Made by a program: the position numbers and the translations under genes. Below, one piece after another: positions 24,901 through 38,269 of a stretch of DNA of 64,000 nt. Positions within the stretch are counted from its first letter, which is position 1. Each line of letters begins with the position of its first letter. The stretch comes from Chiloscyllium plagiosum (lineage: Eukaryota): positions 24,568,725 to 24,632,724 of the forward strand of contig NC_057734.1 in the NCBI RefSeq assembly GCF_004010195.1. Reading direction: 5' to 3'. Under the pieces are notes generated by a model, which worked only from the letters and a program-made list of their open reading frames with translations, did not search any database and was not told the DNA's origin.

Positions 24901-26269
24901 GAGCACGTGACCTATAAATTTGAAGTAATCAGTGAAGAAAATATATTACAGTGGTGGGTTGCTAAAGTATTTATCAGAGACTATTATAAATCTATTTTCT
25001 TTCAATGTTTAATGGAAAATACAAAGCAATAGGGAAAGAGGCATTGGGATTAATTTTATACTGCTTCAGCAAATATCCACATTCAGGATAGACTGAATAG
25101 CCCCATTCTATGTTGTAAATGTTTGCGGAACATTTCTTTGGAAAATATGAGTTGTCTTTTTCAAAGCTGGTGTACATGCTGTATAATTCCAGCAATGTCT
25201 AATCTTTTAGATTGTAGAATTCAGTTTGTGACAGATTTGCTGTTTTTTAAGCACCTTCTTCATTCTCACGTTCATCTTGTTCTATGGATTTGTTATTCAG
25301 CCACATTCTAAAATGTCCTGCCAAATTTATTATAACTAAGGGCTCTATATAGCAAGGTAGTGGAATATTATATATTTGTAACATAAAAAGAAATAAGTGA
25401 CAAGTTCAGATCTTGACTGAGCATAGTAACAAAATATGTGAAAGACAAAAATCTATAACTGAAAAACAACTAGGTTCTATGAAATGTGAGAGATGCTAGA
25501 ACAACGCTAGGCATTGCCTGAAGAGTTGATAGAGCTTTCAGAGTTCAATCTAAAGTGTGCATATGAGGAAAGATATCATTGCACAAGTCATGGAAATGAT
25601 GGTTAAATGACAAGCAAGAGTCAAAAACATTCTCTGAAAGGAACAAAGTTAGCAGTACCTGAAAAGGCAAAGAATGTACCAGCATTGATATTGAATGTAA
25701 ATACTGCAGATTATTATGCATAAACAGGATCTCAAATGGTAACGAGATGATTTGCTGGTCAATCTACTGGCAGTGTTGGTTTAGAGAAAAGCGTCAACTT
25801 GACCAAAGTGCTCTGTTATTAAAATATCACTGAATCTCAAACATCTAATCGAACTAGTAAAATGGGCAAATGGATTTTTAGTGTAATGTTATATCTAAAG
25901 ATAGTAATTTAGGCAATATGATACTATTTTAGTCGTGGATTGAAATGATAATCTAGACTCAAATCCACAATGTTCTGTTTTGGACTCATGTATGTTAATA
26001 AGCTGATGCTCCACAGAAAACCAAGAACACTGCAGCTCAAATATTAGTCAATTGTTTTTTAAAAATGTGAACAATTTTTAGTTGATATTCTGAAGGGTTC
26101 AGTTTTACAATTAAGGAAACAAAAAATTTGAATTTTAGAAAGTTACTTAATTTATAACTTAATTATTTAGTTTGTATAAACAAATATGCCATTTGTTTTG
26201 TCTGTCATGTTATACCAGCGATGTTATTACAATGACAGACAGAACCATTAGTTACACAATCAGCCAGAT

Positions 26270-27076
26270 TCTAAAATAAATTCGGTTTATTAGGCTCAGA
26301 TCAAATGTAGAAATAATTTATAAAAGTGTAAAAGCATTCAGCTTTAAATCTTCATACTTCCCAGCAAGAAAACAGCTAATAACACCCGAATCCCTTAGCT
26401 GCTCCATAATATATTCTAAATGTTTAGTTATTCAAAAATAAGTTTTACATTGAATCATACAATTTCTAAATGAATGGCAAATGCGGTAACGAGAACTTCT
26501 TTTGTATTTCCTGAAATTGCTACAGCAGCAAAACTGGCTTAAAAGGGAAAATTGAGAAGGCATTTTAACCATCACTTTTCCCAATGAGGTTTGAATACTA
26601 TTAATTTACCTGAATTGTTTTTTGAAATTGTTAAACTAAGAAAGATAGTTTTACATGCTACATAACTGTGAATGATTCCATGAACGAGTTTGTCATAAAT
26701 CATTCCCAAAGTATATTGATTATATTTGCTTGAGACAGAGCAACAATCTTCAGAGATACAAAAGTAAGCCTTGTTTAACACAACACTTTCATAAGCAGTC
26801 TGATTTCTTTCAAATAAATAAACATAATTCACGGCACGATTTGAAAATAACTGAGATGAAACTTAAGGTAATTTGAACTTTTTTTGTTGCATTAAAAGGA
26901 GGGTCACATTTCTTTCAACAGTTCTTATCGATAAGCATGTTCTCTCTCTCTCTCTCTCGAGGGATTCTCATCTCTCCAAGCTTAACAGCATGGAATTCTT
27001 AGCTGCAAGCTGCATTGAATGTTATGGCCAGAGACCAGTAAGAACGGTAAAAGCGAAGTTCTCATTTCAGCTAGCC
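26270..27076 (-). other. Probable non-coding terminal (3'UTR) exon of the UBE2G1-like gene
   Basis: Donor GTAAGT 22 nt after the stop (exon end 29857); acceptor tttatatttctgtttttag ending at 27077; about 800 nt lacking recognisable TEs; minus-strand AATAAA at 26291-26286. The 3' end is approximate. Confidence 0.6.
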
Positions 27077-27379
27077 CTAAAAACAGAAATATAAAGCATT
27101 AGAAAGCAAATAAATTGTCACTTTTTTCAAAAAAATGTAAATCGATGGTGTCCTTTTAAAAAAAAAAGTCATATTAGTCCAAAGAAGCTCAACTTTTTCC
27201 ACTGTGGATGTCTGTAATAACGTGACAAAGGAAACTGACTAAATATCACTCAAAGAATCCATGACATAGGTAGTCTTAAGCATGTGGAAATCAAAACTAC
27301 AAGGGGAAAGAGACAAATGTTGACCAACAGAAACTAAATCACATTTTTAACTGACAGCATTTGTAACTTTTAAAAAAAA

Positions 27380-27732
27380 TCATTCACAGGATGAGGGTGG
27401 CATTGGCTAGGTGTCATTTATTGCCCATCTCTAATTGCCCAGAGGGCAGTTAATAGTCAACCACGTTGTTGTAGGTGTGAGTCAAATGGAGGCCAGACCA
27501 GGTAAGGATAGCAGTTTCTTCCCTTAAAGGACATTAGTGAACCAGGTGTGTTTTCCCAACAATCGACAATGGATTCACTGTCATCCTAAGACTCTTAAAT
27601 CCAGACTTTTTAAAAATTGAAATCAAATTTCACCATCTGCTGTAGTGGGATTCAAACTTGGATTGAGCCAGAACATGATCAGGGTCTCTGGATTAACAAA
27701 CCAGTGATAATACCACTAGGCCATCACCTCCC
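27380..27732 (-). mobile_element. tRNA-derived SINE, second family
   Basis: Reverse strand: head gggaggtgatggcctagtggtattatc, B-box-like gtttgaatccc, same body and tail as the 46513 copy. Confidence 0.85.
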
Positions 27733-28295
27733 TGATCTGAGCAAACACAAGACATAAATTACAGACTTAGGGCCTTTAATCCACAAGTGGATGATATAAA
27801 ATTATCATAACCATTCTAATGATTTAAAATAAATGAGATCAGGGTCAGTCAGTACAGAGACAAAACTCCTTTATAATAAAACACTCATTAGAATAACTGA
27901 TTAAGAAAGACCAAGGTGATTGACCATTTAATACACGTAATTTTGATCTTCAGAGCTTGATTAGTCTACAATAGCTTTCAGTTTTTATAAGATCCACGGA
28001 GGACCATAAAAATTGTCTGCTCTATACTCAAAGTTTTTTTTAATATACATATACTTATGTTATCTAAAGTGTTATGAATTCTATACTTGTTTGTTAATGA
28101 AAGGTATTATTCACATCAGAATTGAACCAATACATTTTCTTTATTCTAACTTTAAAATTGTATTTCAAGCTTATCTGATTCAGCTGAAGCCCTCTAAATC
28201 ACATATATTTGTGTCTAAAATTAAATATAGACGTACTCTCAGTTTATATTTGAGGAGAAATGATATGGAATACAAGTTGGGATACTGGATTAGAT

Positions 28296-28466
28296 GTGTT
28301 GCTGGAAAAGCACAGGTCAGGCAGCATCTTAGGAGCAGGAGAATAGACGTTTCGGGCATAAGCCCTTCTTCAGGAATCCTGAAGAAGGGCTTATGCCCGA
28401 AACGTCTATTCTCCGGCTCCTTCGATGCTGCCTGACCTGCTGCGCTTTTCCAGCAACACATTTTTC
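28296..28466. mobile_element. Palindromic Penelope-terminus mini-element containing two opposed hammerhead motifs
   Basis: About 80-bp inverted arms centred on 28376; 14-bp TSD atactggattagat at 28282-28295 and 28467-28480. Confidence 0.92.
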
Positions 28467-29878
28467 ATACTGGATTAGATAAAAAGCACTGGCAACTTAG
28501 TTATCTCATGGTAATAATTAAACTAAAACCAATCATATTTGAAGACCATAAGCACTTAAATTGTTTTAACTAATGTAATTAAAGTCAACATTTCAGTGAT
28601 ATTAATTGCAATATTGATTAACCTGTTGTAAACAGTGGCATTAGCAAAATGTTAGTAATATGTTTTTGAACTGAACAGGATGAGGAGTTGTTGTTTCAAG
28701 AGCTAAACAACAACATTTGTAGATTGCTAGCCTGCTCCTTTTTTCCAGAAAGAAAATGCCCACATTCTCGCAGGGGATTCTGATTAGGGCTCCTTCAGAA
28801 ACCATGTAGAGCCATGTATTATTCTGACAGATCCTTATTATAAAACAGTCAGGGAAAGAAAGGCACATTCTCTTTTACAACATCGGTCAAATGTTGTATT
28901 CTGTGATTTAAATGTCCAGCATCACAGACAGCCACTTTGACAGCTCAAAAGGATTAGAATGTAATATAAGTGAAAGATTTGAGTACCACTTGGGTGGGGG
29001 TAGGCTGTCAGATAAGTAGGCCAACAGGTGGGTCAGATTAGGGTGCCAGGTGGCAAGGAGACAGGTAAATGATGGAGTGTTTAAGATGGACAGATGAAAT
29101 TAGGTCTGGCAAGTTGGGGGTATTTACACTAGGGGATCTTAGGACTGACAGCAGGAGAGCAAACGTCAGGTGCAGTGGTGGGAAAGAGAAATTGAGTCAT
29201 GAGGGATAGTTGGGAGGGAATGAAGGGGGATTGTCAATTTAGGGTCTGGGAGAGGTGGAATTGGGGATTAGAATGGTAAATTGTAGGTTCAGTTTAACAG
29301 CTATTCAGGAATTAGACTACATGTTTAATAGTCTAACTTTTCCTGAGTAAATATTTACTTAGCTGCACAGCAGGTTCAAAGGGCCAAATGGCCTACTCCT
29401 ACTTTTATTCTCTACAAACCTTCCAAATTCTCAATCTAAATAGATATGTTTGGAGGGTTCCAAGTGTAGGGAAACTGCCCAGTAGAATTTTCAATTTTCT
29501 GGTTAATTTCTTTAACAGTCTCCCCCAGTGGAGATTCCACAGGGTCCGCACGTGCACCTTATATCTATGCTGCAGGAAAGAGAATCCGATCATTGCAAAA
29601 TTCAGGCCAATGTGGATACAATAAAATTCTGCATGCAGTCAATTTCATCTTATACACATCCTTTGGGGAACATACTAAGTGGGGCCATATATTTTCATAG
29701 TAGGGCGTGAAGGAATGTACTGAATCACAGTTGTTAAATAAATACAAACTGAAGACTAAAGGACAGAAGACTAATGACAAAATGGAAGTATATAAACTTA
29801 CTAATTTTTTGGTCATGATATGAATTTCAAAACTCATTTTAAAACAAAAAACTTACCAACCTGATGAAGGGAAAAAAA

Positions 29879-29965
29879 TTACTCATATGCCATCTCTTGG
29901 CTTTTTCTTACACACCGTGCAACTTTCCTTTTAAATTCACCATTTGGATCATCTCGCCATTCTTT
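29879..29965 (-). CDS. UBE2G1: UBE2G1-like exon 5 (last coding exon)
   Basis: ttgttgtag acceptor; KEWRDDPNGEFKRKVARCVRKSQEMAYE-TAA. Five exons sum to 510 nt = 169 aa plus stop, with no disruption. Confidence 0.95.
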   Translation of the reverse strand, partial: KEWRDDPNGEFKRKVARCVRKSQEMAYE

Positions 29966-31923
29966 CTACAACAAAGCATAATGATTACAGTAAAACAATT
30001 TCTGCTCAACAAGGAAATTGGCATTATCGTCACCATTTTCTTCAATTCAAGTTGTATTTAATTAGGTCTCTGCTTCTCTCAGCCTCAGCTCATCTTCCAT
30101 CATTTATATACCTTTTTAACTATGATTCATTATTCCAATGTGATATTAAAGAATTAACTTGCGCTGATGACCTGCAGGAAATTGGATGTCCTGAGGCTAG
30201 GGTGGGATGCCTCTGATTTAGATAGATTGTAACAAATTACATTATCACCTATTATTCAGAGCCATTTACATTGTCATCTCCTACTATTTACATTTTCATC
30301 CCCTATTCAGAAATCAATAGGGGCATTGCAGTTGGAACTTGATTACTCCCCTATAGTTACAACAAAATACAACTCATAGCATATCTGGCCATTAAAGGAT
30401 GATTTGAATTACATTGTTTCTGGAGGTGATGTGGGTCACTGCATTGTGTTGTGAGTGGCATGTGACTGTGAGGGAGTGACTGGGGGTTGTCTTGTGAGCA
30501 TTACTGACTGTGATATAGAGATTTTGGAGAAGGAAGGATTGTTTCCTTTGTTCCGAGAACCTCTCAACATGCTTCACAAGCATGGCGAAGCGTGTTAAGA
30601 GTTTCTCCACCACTCTATAGTGCTTAATAAAAGTTTGGTTGTTCACAGAAGTTGGTGTATTGCAGTTGCATTAAGTGTGTAAGGATTTCAGGAAAAATAA
30701 CTTAATACCAAGATTCTTCTTTTCAACTTTTAATATCCTCTTGCCTTTTCATTCAATATCGCTGCTTTGATTTTGGCCATACTGCTTTCTATGTTCTAAT
30801 CCATGTTCACTTTACCATGTAATTTTCCATTCACTCTTCTAACTCAAAATCAAATCTGCTGACAAAGGGAGCACTGTTGTTGTGCAGAGCTGATAGGACC
30901 TTTGCCTGGCTAAAGCAAACCAGCAATTGGCCTGGTTAATCCACCTATCAGCTTCTGGACCATGATCTGATCAAATTTTTATTTTCAAGAGAGATACGAA
31001 TAGTAAGTCTTCCAAAGATTTCATTCCCTGTATACTGAGAGCACGATAGAACTGAGCAAGGTCGAAACCAATTTTCCTGCATCAGATAAATCAGAAACAG
31101 AGGTTCTGATGAAGTCACATCAGACTTGTGTAATATTAACTGTTTCTCTCACCACAGATGTCTCAGTTTCTTCAGCATTTTCTATATTTATTTCCATATA
31201 TCTGAACTCCTGTTTTATAGCTTCTAACCACTGACAATGGTGACTCTCCTCTGACTTTCAGTAACTCTAATGTGTGGAGTTAAAAAAAAAAGGGAAGTCT
31301 AGATAAAACTCTGCAAGGCAGACCACACCTGGGATAGTGTGAATAGTTTTGGTTCCCTCATCTAAGGATATACTGGTATTGAAGGCAGATCACAGAATGT
31401 TTACTAGAATTGATTCCAAGTATGGAGGAATTTATTTATGAGAAGTTGAGTTGCTTGAGCTTGTATTCATTGGAGTTTAGAACAATGAGAGGAGACCTTC
31501 TTGAAATATATAAGAATCTAAGGGGGCATTGCAGGGTAGATGCCAGATGTTGTTTTCCCTCAAGGGAGAGTCTAAGACCTGAAAATGTAATCTCAGAATG
31601 AGGAACTGTCCAATTTAGACAGATGAAGTTTTTTTTTGCCTCTGAGGGTGATGAATCTGGGATTTTTATTGCAGAGGACTGTCAAGGCTAGGGTCATTTA
31701 AATGCATTCAATACTGAAATATAAATATTAGTAAGGGAATCAGGCAGGAAAGTGGAGTGGGGAGACCAGCCATGATCTCACTGAATGCTGGAGCTGACTC
31801 AATAAGCCAAATGGCCTATTTCTGTTCCTACATCTTGTGGTCTTATGGAGGCAGGTAGACTGGCAACGATATGAAAGTAACAGTGAAAGGAGATAATATA
31901 AGGCAATAATGGATAGTAAGCAG

Positions 31924-32362
31924 GCAAAAAATATGATGCTGGAAAAGCACAGCTTGTCAGGCAGCATCCAAGGAGCAGGAGAGTTGACATTTCTAGCATA
32001 AGCTCTTCATCAGGAGCTTATGCTCGAAACATCAACTCTCCTACTCGGGCAACTGTCTGTGTGGAGTTTGCACGTTTTCCTTGTGTCTGCGTGGGTTTGC
32101 TCCGGTTTCCTCCCACAGTCCAAAGATTTGCAGGTCAGGTGAAATGGCCATGCTAAATTATCCATAGTGTTAGGTGGATTAGTCATGGGTAAATGTAGGG
32201 GACTGGGTGGTTTGCTCTTCGGAGGGTTGGTGTGGGCTTGGGCCGAAGGGCCTGTTTCTAAACTGTAGGGAATCTAATCTGGATGCTGCCTGACCGACTA
32301 TGCTTTTCCAGCACCACACTTTTTGACTCTGATCTCCAGCATCTGTAGTCTTCACTTTCTTC
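31924..32362. mobile_element. Fold-back Penelope terminus interrupted by a 5'-truncated HE1-type SINE (about 32046-32280, +)
   Basis: Inverted arms join at about 32014; flanking atggatag(t/g)aagcag at 31909-31923 and 32363-32377. Confidence 0.8.
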
Positions 32363-32919
32363 ATGGATAGGAAGCAGTTGAGAGTTCGAAAAAATGCAAC
32401 TGTAATTGACATAGCACCAAAGTCAGGTGGAATTTGGTTAGAAAAGTGGTTTAGGTGCATAGGCTCAGAAAAGCTTAGTTTATAATAGACTTTGTGCAGC
32501 TTTTTAGTGACAAGTAGCAAAAACGAAGAAGATTAGAATGGACTAAGATTGTAACACACCAAAATTATCACAGATGGCTTGATTAATGAGTGAGAACAGA
32601 GGGGCCTAGGAAATGGCATGGTTGTGGGTGGTAGTGAATATGAATAGATTTATTCGTGGCAGCAAAATCAAAAGAAAGAGCACATGAGAAGCTGCAACTA
32701 AGACCAAAATCACTAGGGACGAGTGGTCATGCAGAACAGTGGCTGAGGGAATAAAGAGAATAGAACCGTGACAAAGTCAAGATTTTGTTTGAGGAGAAGG
32801 TATGAATGACAATTGTAAAGGAGACATAACTTGATGTTTAACAAGATGAAGTGCTCAAAAGAGAAGATGTCAAAGGAGTTGACAGAGCCAGAGGAGTGAC
32901 TTGATAATAACATAACAAT

Positions 32920-33790
32920 AACCTAAAAATAGGCAGTAAAGCAAGCTCCGTGGGGATACAAACAGTTTATATAGATATATTGGTGGGTTAAGTATGTGGA
33001 GTAAAATGTTGGAGATATGAAGTTGACTACTTTGAAATGGAGATCAAAAGGATAATATTATTTAAATGAAGAAAAACTGCAGAAAATGGCAACTCAAAAG
33101 GGACTTGAGGTACTTGTGCAGAAAACAGAGAAAGCTAGCACACAGGTGCAGCAGATAATCAGGACAGCTAATGGAATGTTTGCTCTTATTTCAGCGGGGT
33201 TGGAATACGAGTTGGCAAGTCTTACTGAACTGCACAAAGTGCTGTGAGACTACAGCTGTGAGCGGTTACGGCCCTTAATCTAAGGAAAGATATTCTGACC
33301 CAGAAAGCAGTTCACAGGAGGTTCAGTAGAATGATCCTTGGTATGAGGGATTGTCTTATAAAGGCTAAACTGATTGGGACTCTACACACTGAAGTTTAGA
33401 AGAATGAAAGGTGACATTATTAAAATATATAGAGTTCTGAAGGGGCTTTACAAAGTAAATGTTGAGAAGGTGTTTCCCCACATGGGAGAATCTAGGATCA
33501 AAGGGCATAATGTCAGAATAAAGGGAAGTTAACTTAAGACTGAGGTGAGGAGGAATTTCTTCTTTCAGAGGGTTGAGTGTCTTTGGAATTTCTTGCCCCA
33601 CAGCTCTCTGTGGCAGATTCCTTGCAAACAGTTAAGGTTGAGATAGTCAGATTTTTGAACAGTAGGAGCATTAAGGGTTACAGGTAAAGTGCATATGAGG
33701 AATGCCAGATCAGCCATGATTCTAATGAATGGCACAGTTGACTCTAGGGGCTGAGTGACCCATTTGTGTTCCTATTTGTTATGGTCTTAT
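32920..33790 (+). mobile_element. Degenerate CR1 3' portion
   Basis: gctaatggaatgtt, tttagaagaatgaaaggtga, aggaatttcttctttcagagggttg and CR1 tail gttcctatttgttatggtcttat. Confidence 0.85.
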
Positions 33791-34643
33791 CATCACTGGG
33801 TTTGAATGGGACATCAAATGGCTAATATAGACAGGTGAGGGACACCTGTGGACCAAATTTCAAACAGAACCAGCTGTGAGGAACTTAGATATATCTTTTC
33901 ACTTTACAGCTTGAAGTACTGATGGTGAAGGGGGCTCTATCATTGTCTGGAGGGAAGGAAGGTTAACATTTTGGTGTAAAGTTTTTGTTATAAAACTGTT
34001 AACTTGGAGCCCCATCCAACTTTGCTCAATAGATCTCGTTCCAGACCAACTGAACACTATCGGCAATTCTGTCTTCCGCGTTTTACACTATCATAATATT
34101 TGCCCATTTATTCTTGTAATGCTTTTCCATTGTTTCACTGAAATGATCTTTTACATCAATTAAGTAGTTTTCTATTAAGTTGCCTGCAGCTCATACAACT
34201 CAGTAACTTCCTCTTTGATTTTTGATCTGGTGTGGATTACCAGTATCTTCTACTTTTGTTTTAAGTTCCAGGATCTGCTGTGTTCTTGTTTTCTCTTTGT
34301 ATAAAAAAATTATCTAATTTTTGCACAAAATTACATTTCCTTAAAATGTTTGCAACTTTTAGTAGCATTGTGTAACAATGTAATCGTTCCAGCTCTACTT
34401 CCAGTAATCCTACACCTTCTATGTTCTGGTGTCTACGTTGCTATGTAACATGATTACACTCAGCAAAAACACAATTGCTCAAATGATGTAGAATTTCTAT
34501 AACCTGATTATATTCAGCTACTGGAGGATAAATGGAAGTGGTAAAGTAGATATGTTTATGTCAAGACTCTTTGTTTCAATCTATCAAAACTGTAACATAC
34601 TCCTATACTTCTACTTTGAGCTTCCTAGTTGCCATCTGTTACA

Positions 34644-34730
34644 GCTGAAAAATGTGTTGCTGGAAAAGCGCAGCAGGTCAGGCAGCATCCAAGGAGCAGG
34701 AGAATCGACGTTTCGGGCATAAGCCCTTCT
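34644..34730 (-). mobile_element. Solo Penelope terminal fragment
   Basis: Matches the arm of the 28296 and 50846 elements; 9-bp TSD tctgttaca at 34635-34643 and 34731-34739. Confidence 0.88.
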
Positions 34731-35562
34731 TCTGTTACACTTAGAATGCATCTTTTGCAGCAGTTACAAAATGAAAATTACCTAAGTAACAAATTAAAAG
34801 AATTAATAAAATGAAACTTAATAGAAATCCGGTCTATGCTGTTTACTAAATTCTAAATTTCAAATTTAAAAACTTATTCAATGACAAAAGTTTTTGATAA
34901 AGTAAATTTTTTTAAAAATCTGCTTAAATAACTAAAGGGCATAAATAAAGATAACTGACAGAAGTTTAAAGAGAAAGGATGGAGTTTTTTTTTTGTTAGG
35001 GTTGTTAGAACATAGAATGTTCCATCAGAAACAACATGGAAGCAGGATTCATTATAATTTTAAAGAAGAATGGACACATATTTAATAAAGCGAAAATAAA
35101 TGGGTGTGGGGATAAGAAGGGGACATAGGTCTGTGGATATAGAACAGGCACAGACACAACACATTGAATAGCCTCTCTGTGCTGCAAACTTCTCCACAGA
35201 ATGCACTGTGTAATAGGATGAATGTGGCATTCACCAAGTTCCTGCAGTTATTCCTAAATGCTAATGACAACAATCTGTGAGACTAAAATGCCCAGAATAA
35301 CAACATTAACCTAGTATCATCACTGCACACCATTTTTGGTAACTTGAGAATATGAAACTAAGTAGAGAAATTCTGGTATTAATGCAATCGTTTCTCATAT
35401 GGGATGATTGACAGAGGATTAAAAAGTAAATAATGGAATATGGCTTTGGAAACACCAGACATGGATTCTCAAATACTTTCGTAAAATTCAAAGATCTCAA
35501 TAGAGTTCTAATAATTTTACCTTGTGAAAAAATTATTATGTTACTTCTAATAAAATGCTTAC

Positions 35563-35741
35563 CGCAGCATCAACATTTGCTGGTGAATCACTGTTGGGAT
35601 CAGCTAACATAGAGATAACACTGATGAGAATTGTCTCTACAGTGTGAATGGGTAACCAACGCTCCTCAGGTTTCTCATAACCAAACTTATCCTCACCAGG
35701 CTCATGCAAAATTGAAATGCATACATCACCATTCTTGGCAA
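35563..35741 (-). CDS. UBE2G1: UBE2G1-like exon 4 (catalytic Cys and acidic loop)
   Basis: ttgttacag / gtaagc; 179 nt encoding (V)[59 protein letters not shown]. Confidence 0.96.
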
Positions 35742-37092
35742 CTGTAACAAAAAAAGATTTTTTTTTCCTGAATAATTGATGGCAAAACAAAAACAAACTA
35801 TAGTGAATACAAGAAATCAGAAGTAAAAACAGATGTTGCTGGTAAGGATCAACAGATCTAGCAGCATCCGTGGAAAGATAAATAGTTAATATTTCAGATC
35901 ATGTTTTATCACTAGGTCACCAATCTCAAATGTTAACACTTGTTTTGGTTTCCACAGGTGCTGCCAGACTTGTTGACTATTTTATAAATATCTTTTTTTA
36001 AATATAGTTATTTAATGGAATGGAGAGAAAAAGTCAACAACATTGTATATCTATTCAAATTAACAGTTAATCAAGTTGCATTGAGTATAGTGTAAACTTA
36101 ATACATTGTCAGGAAACTGCTAGAGTCTAATTAAGACAAGGTGACTGAACATCTGAAAAAAAAATTCAGCTGATCAGAGGGAAACAGTAGGATAGTAAAA
36201 AGGTAGGTCATTCCAGTCAAATTTTATTGAACATTTTAGAAAAAAAACATGTTCGTTAACATCTTAGATGCTGGGACAGAAAACATATATCCAGCTTTGC
36301 TGGTGACGTTATTTACTTTGAATCTAAAAAAAAAGCTAGAAACAGTGGCAGTCCAAAGAAACTTGGGATCCATTTAGATAGATTATGTCATGAATAAGTA
36401 CAGAAAATAATCAAAAATGCTATTGGAATGCTACCTTTTGCATACCTAAAAGAACCCAAAGGTATTAATGAGTACAGGCCAATGATTGGTGTATGAAGTT
36501 AAGTCACAAATTGGTCATGATCTCACTAAGTGGTCTAAGGCTCAAGGGGCTAAATGAAATATTCTTGTCCCTATCAGATACCACAGCTAAAGTAAAACAG
36601 TGGCTCATAATTTATGAAAGAGACTCTATGTACTCTTGTCTTTTACACAGCTTCCAGTTGTTTGTGTGGCTTAGAAGAAGCCAGTCACTATTGTAAACTA
36701 TATCCTCAGAAATTTTCCAATAAAGCAATTTGCAGGTACTCGGATATATTATTCTAAAATCAGAAGTTTTAATGTATTAAAAAGATTTTTAAAAAGCAGT
36801 TAAATAAATAGGCCAAATATGTAAACTTCCTCTGAAACAAATGATGAGATTAGATACCATTGTTGGAATTCATCACTTTGACTCAGGAATAAGCGAGTTG
36901 CTAGTAAAGATTATTAGAAGACCTTAATCATTTGATTGACGCAACAAGGAAGACTGCAGTGTGCACTATACCACCACTTGAAAATGGAAATTTTACAGAA
37001 TGAAATGATACAAGATCTCTCTCCTTAATTAACAGGTTTTAAAGCTGATAATATAATAATTAATAAATAAATTCTATATGTACATATTTTAC

Positions 37093-37190
37093 CATTTGGA
37101 TGCCAGATTTCTGTGATGAAATTCATCTTTGGAGGCCGCAAAGGGTAATCATTAGGAAAGGTCAGATGAGCTTTGAAGAATCCACCCTCA
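37093..37190 (-). CDS. UBE2G1: UBE2G1-like exon 3
   Basis: tttcctag / gtaaaa; 98 nt encoding EGGFFKAHLTFPNDYPLRPPKMNFITEIWHPN, including the E2 HPN motif. Confidence 0.95.
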
Positions 37191-38269
37191 CTAGGAAATG
37201 AATAAGAAATGAAATCTGATGAATGACAATTCTATATTATTACACAGAGGGAAATAAGATATGTAAAAGTAAATTGGTTAAAAAATCTCTAACATAGTCG
37301 ACCAAAAGCAAAACATTTTCCTTCTAAGTAGCTTTTCAGATATTAAGAATACTCCGTTATCAAGATTTGGGGAAAATTGTAATAATCAGCCTTTCAAAGA
37401 ATTCTTAAAAAGTATTTTTAATGTATGAGTCATATTCTTGTAAACTACTGTAAGTTTATTTTTCAGTGATCTTGCAGTAAGAATTTCACAAGGAATTAGC
37501 GTTACCTTTAAAATCTATTGATAAGACACCAGATACAGAGTGTCCTGGAAACAGCAAGAATTGTCACCGCTGTACACTTAATCAAAACATTCATAGCTAC
37601 ATAATACACATAAGTATATCAATGAACCAAGAACCAAGTATAAAGGTGTAGCCTAATTGAGTGTGTTAAAGTTATTTTAATAAAATATCAAAGTTTTACC
37701 CTTGTGGTTTACACAATGACTTGAATAATTTATTACGTAGTACACCCTTATAGTTACATTCTAGTTATCAATTATTTATAGGGTGCAAAGATGTTTTTAA
37801 AGCGAAGAACAGTCCATCAACATAGTTCCAAGGAATTATTTTGTTAAAACTCACCAAATTTGAGCAAGGGTGGCTTCAAGCAACTGAGTGCACTAAACAC
37901 TGTATTAAAGGTGGTACACTGAAACCCCTTCAAAAGATCATTCCACTTTTGTCATTCCTTCCTTAACAATTACTTCTGTACTTTATTTGCTAAAGGAGGG
38001 GGAAGATAGAGAGAACACCAGAATCCTACCTACATAAAATAAAATCTAACTGTTCTTCACGTTCTGTTCATTAGCTCTTGCCAATCACTTGCTACTTAAA
38101 TATATGCTAAAGTACGCAGAGATGCCATTGCCCATGTATCTGTTTTTGTACAAATTGTCATCAGAAAATGAAGTCTACTCAACAGTTGAAGATGTGGGAA
38201 GCATGAAGCTAAAAAAGACTTTGAATCTGACCAAAGTCTGAAGTAGTATATTTTTGATTTAAAAAAAAA

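Noticed and set aside
30414-30710. Possible solo LTR (TG start, AATAAA near 30626); similar hints at about 10560-10745 and 41880-42455
   Set aside because: No matching TSD or second copy within the window, so the support is insufficient.
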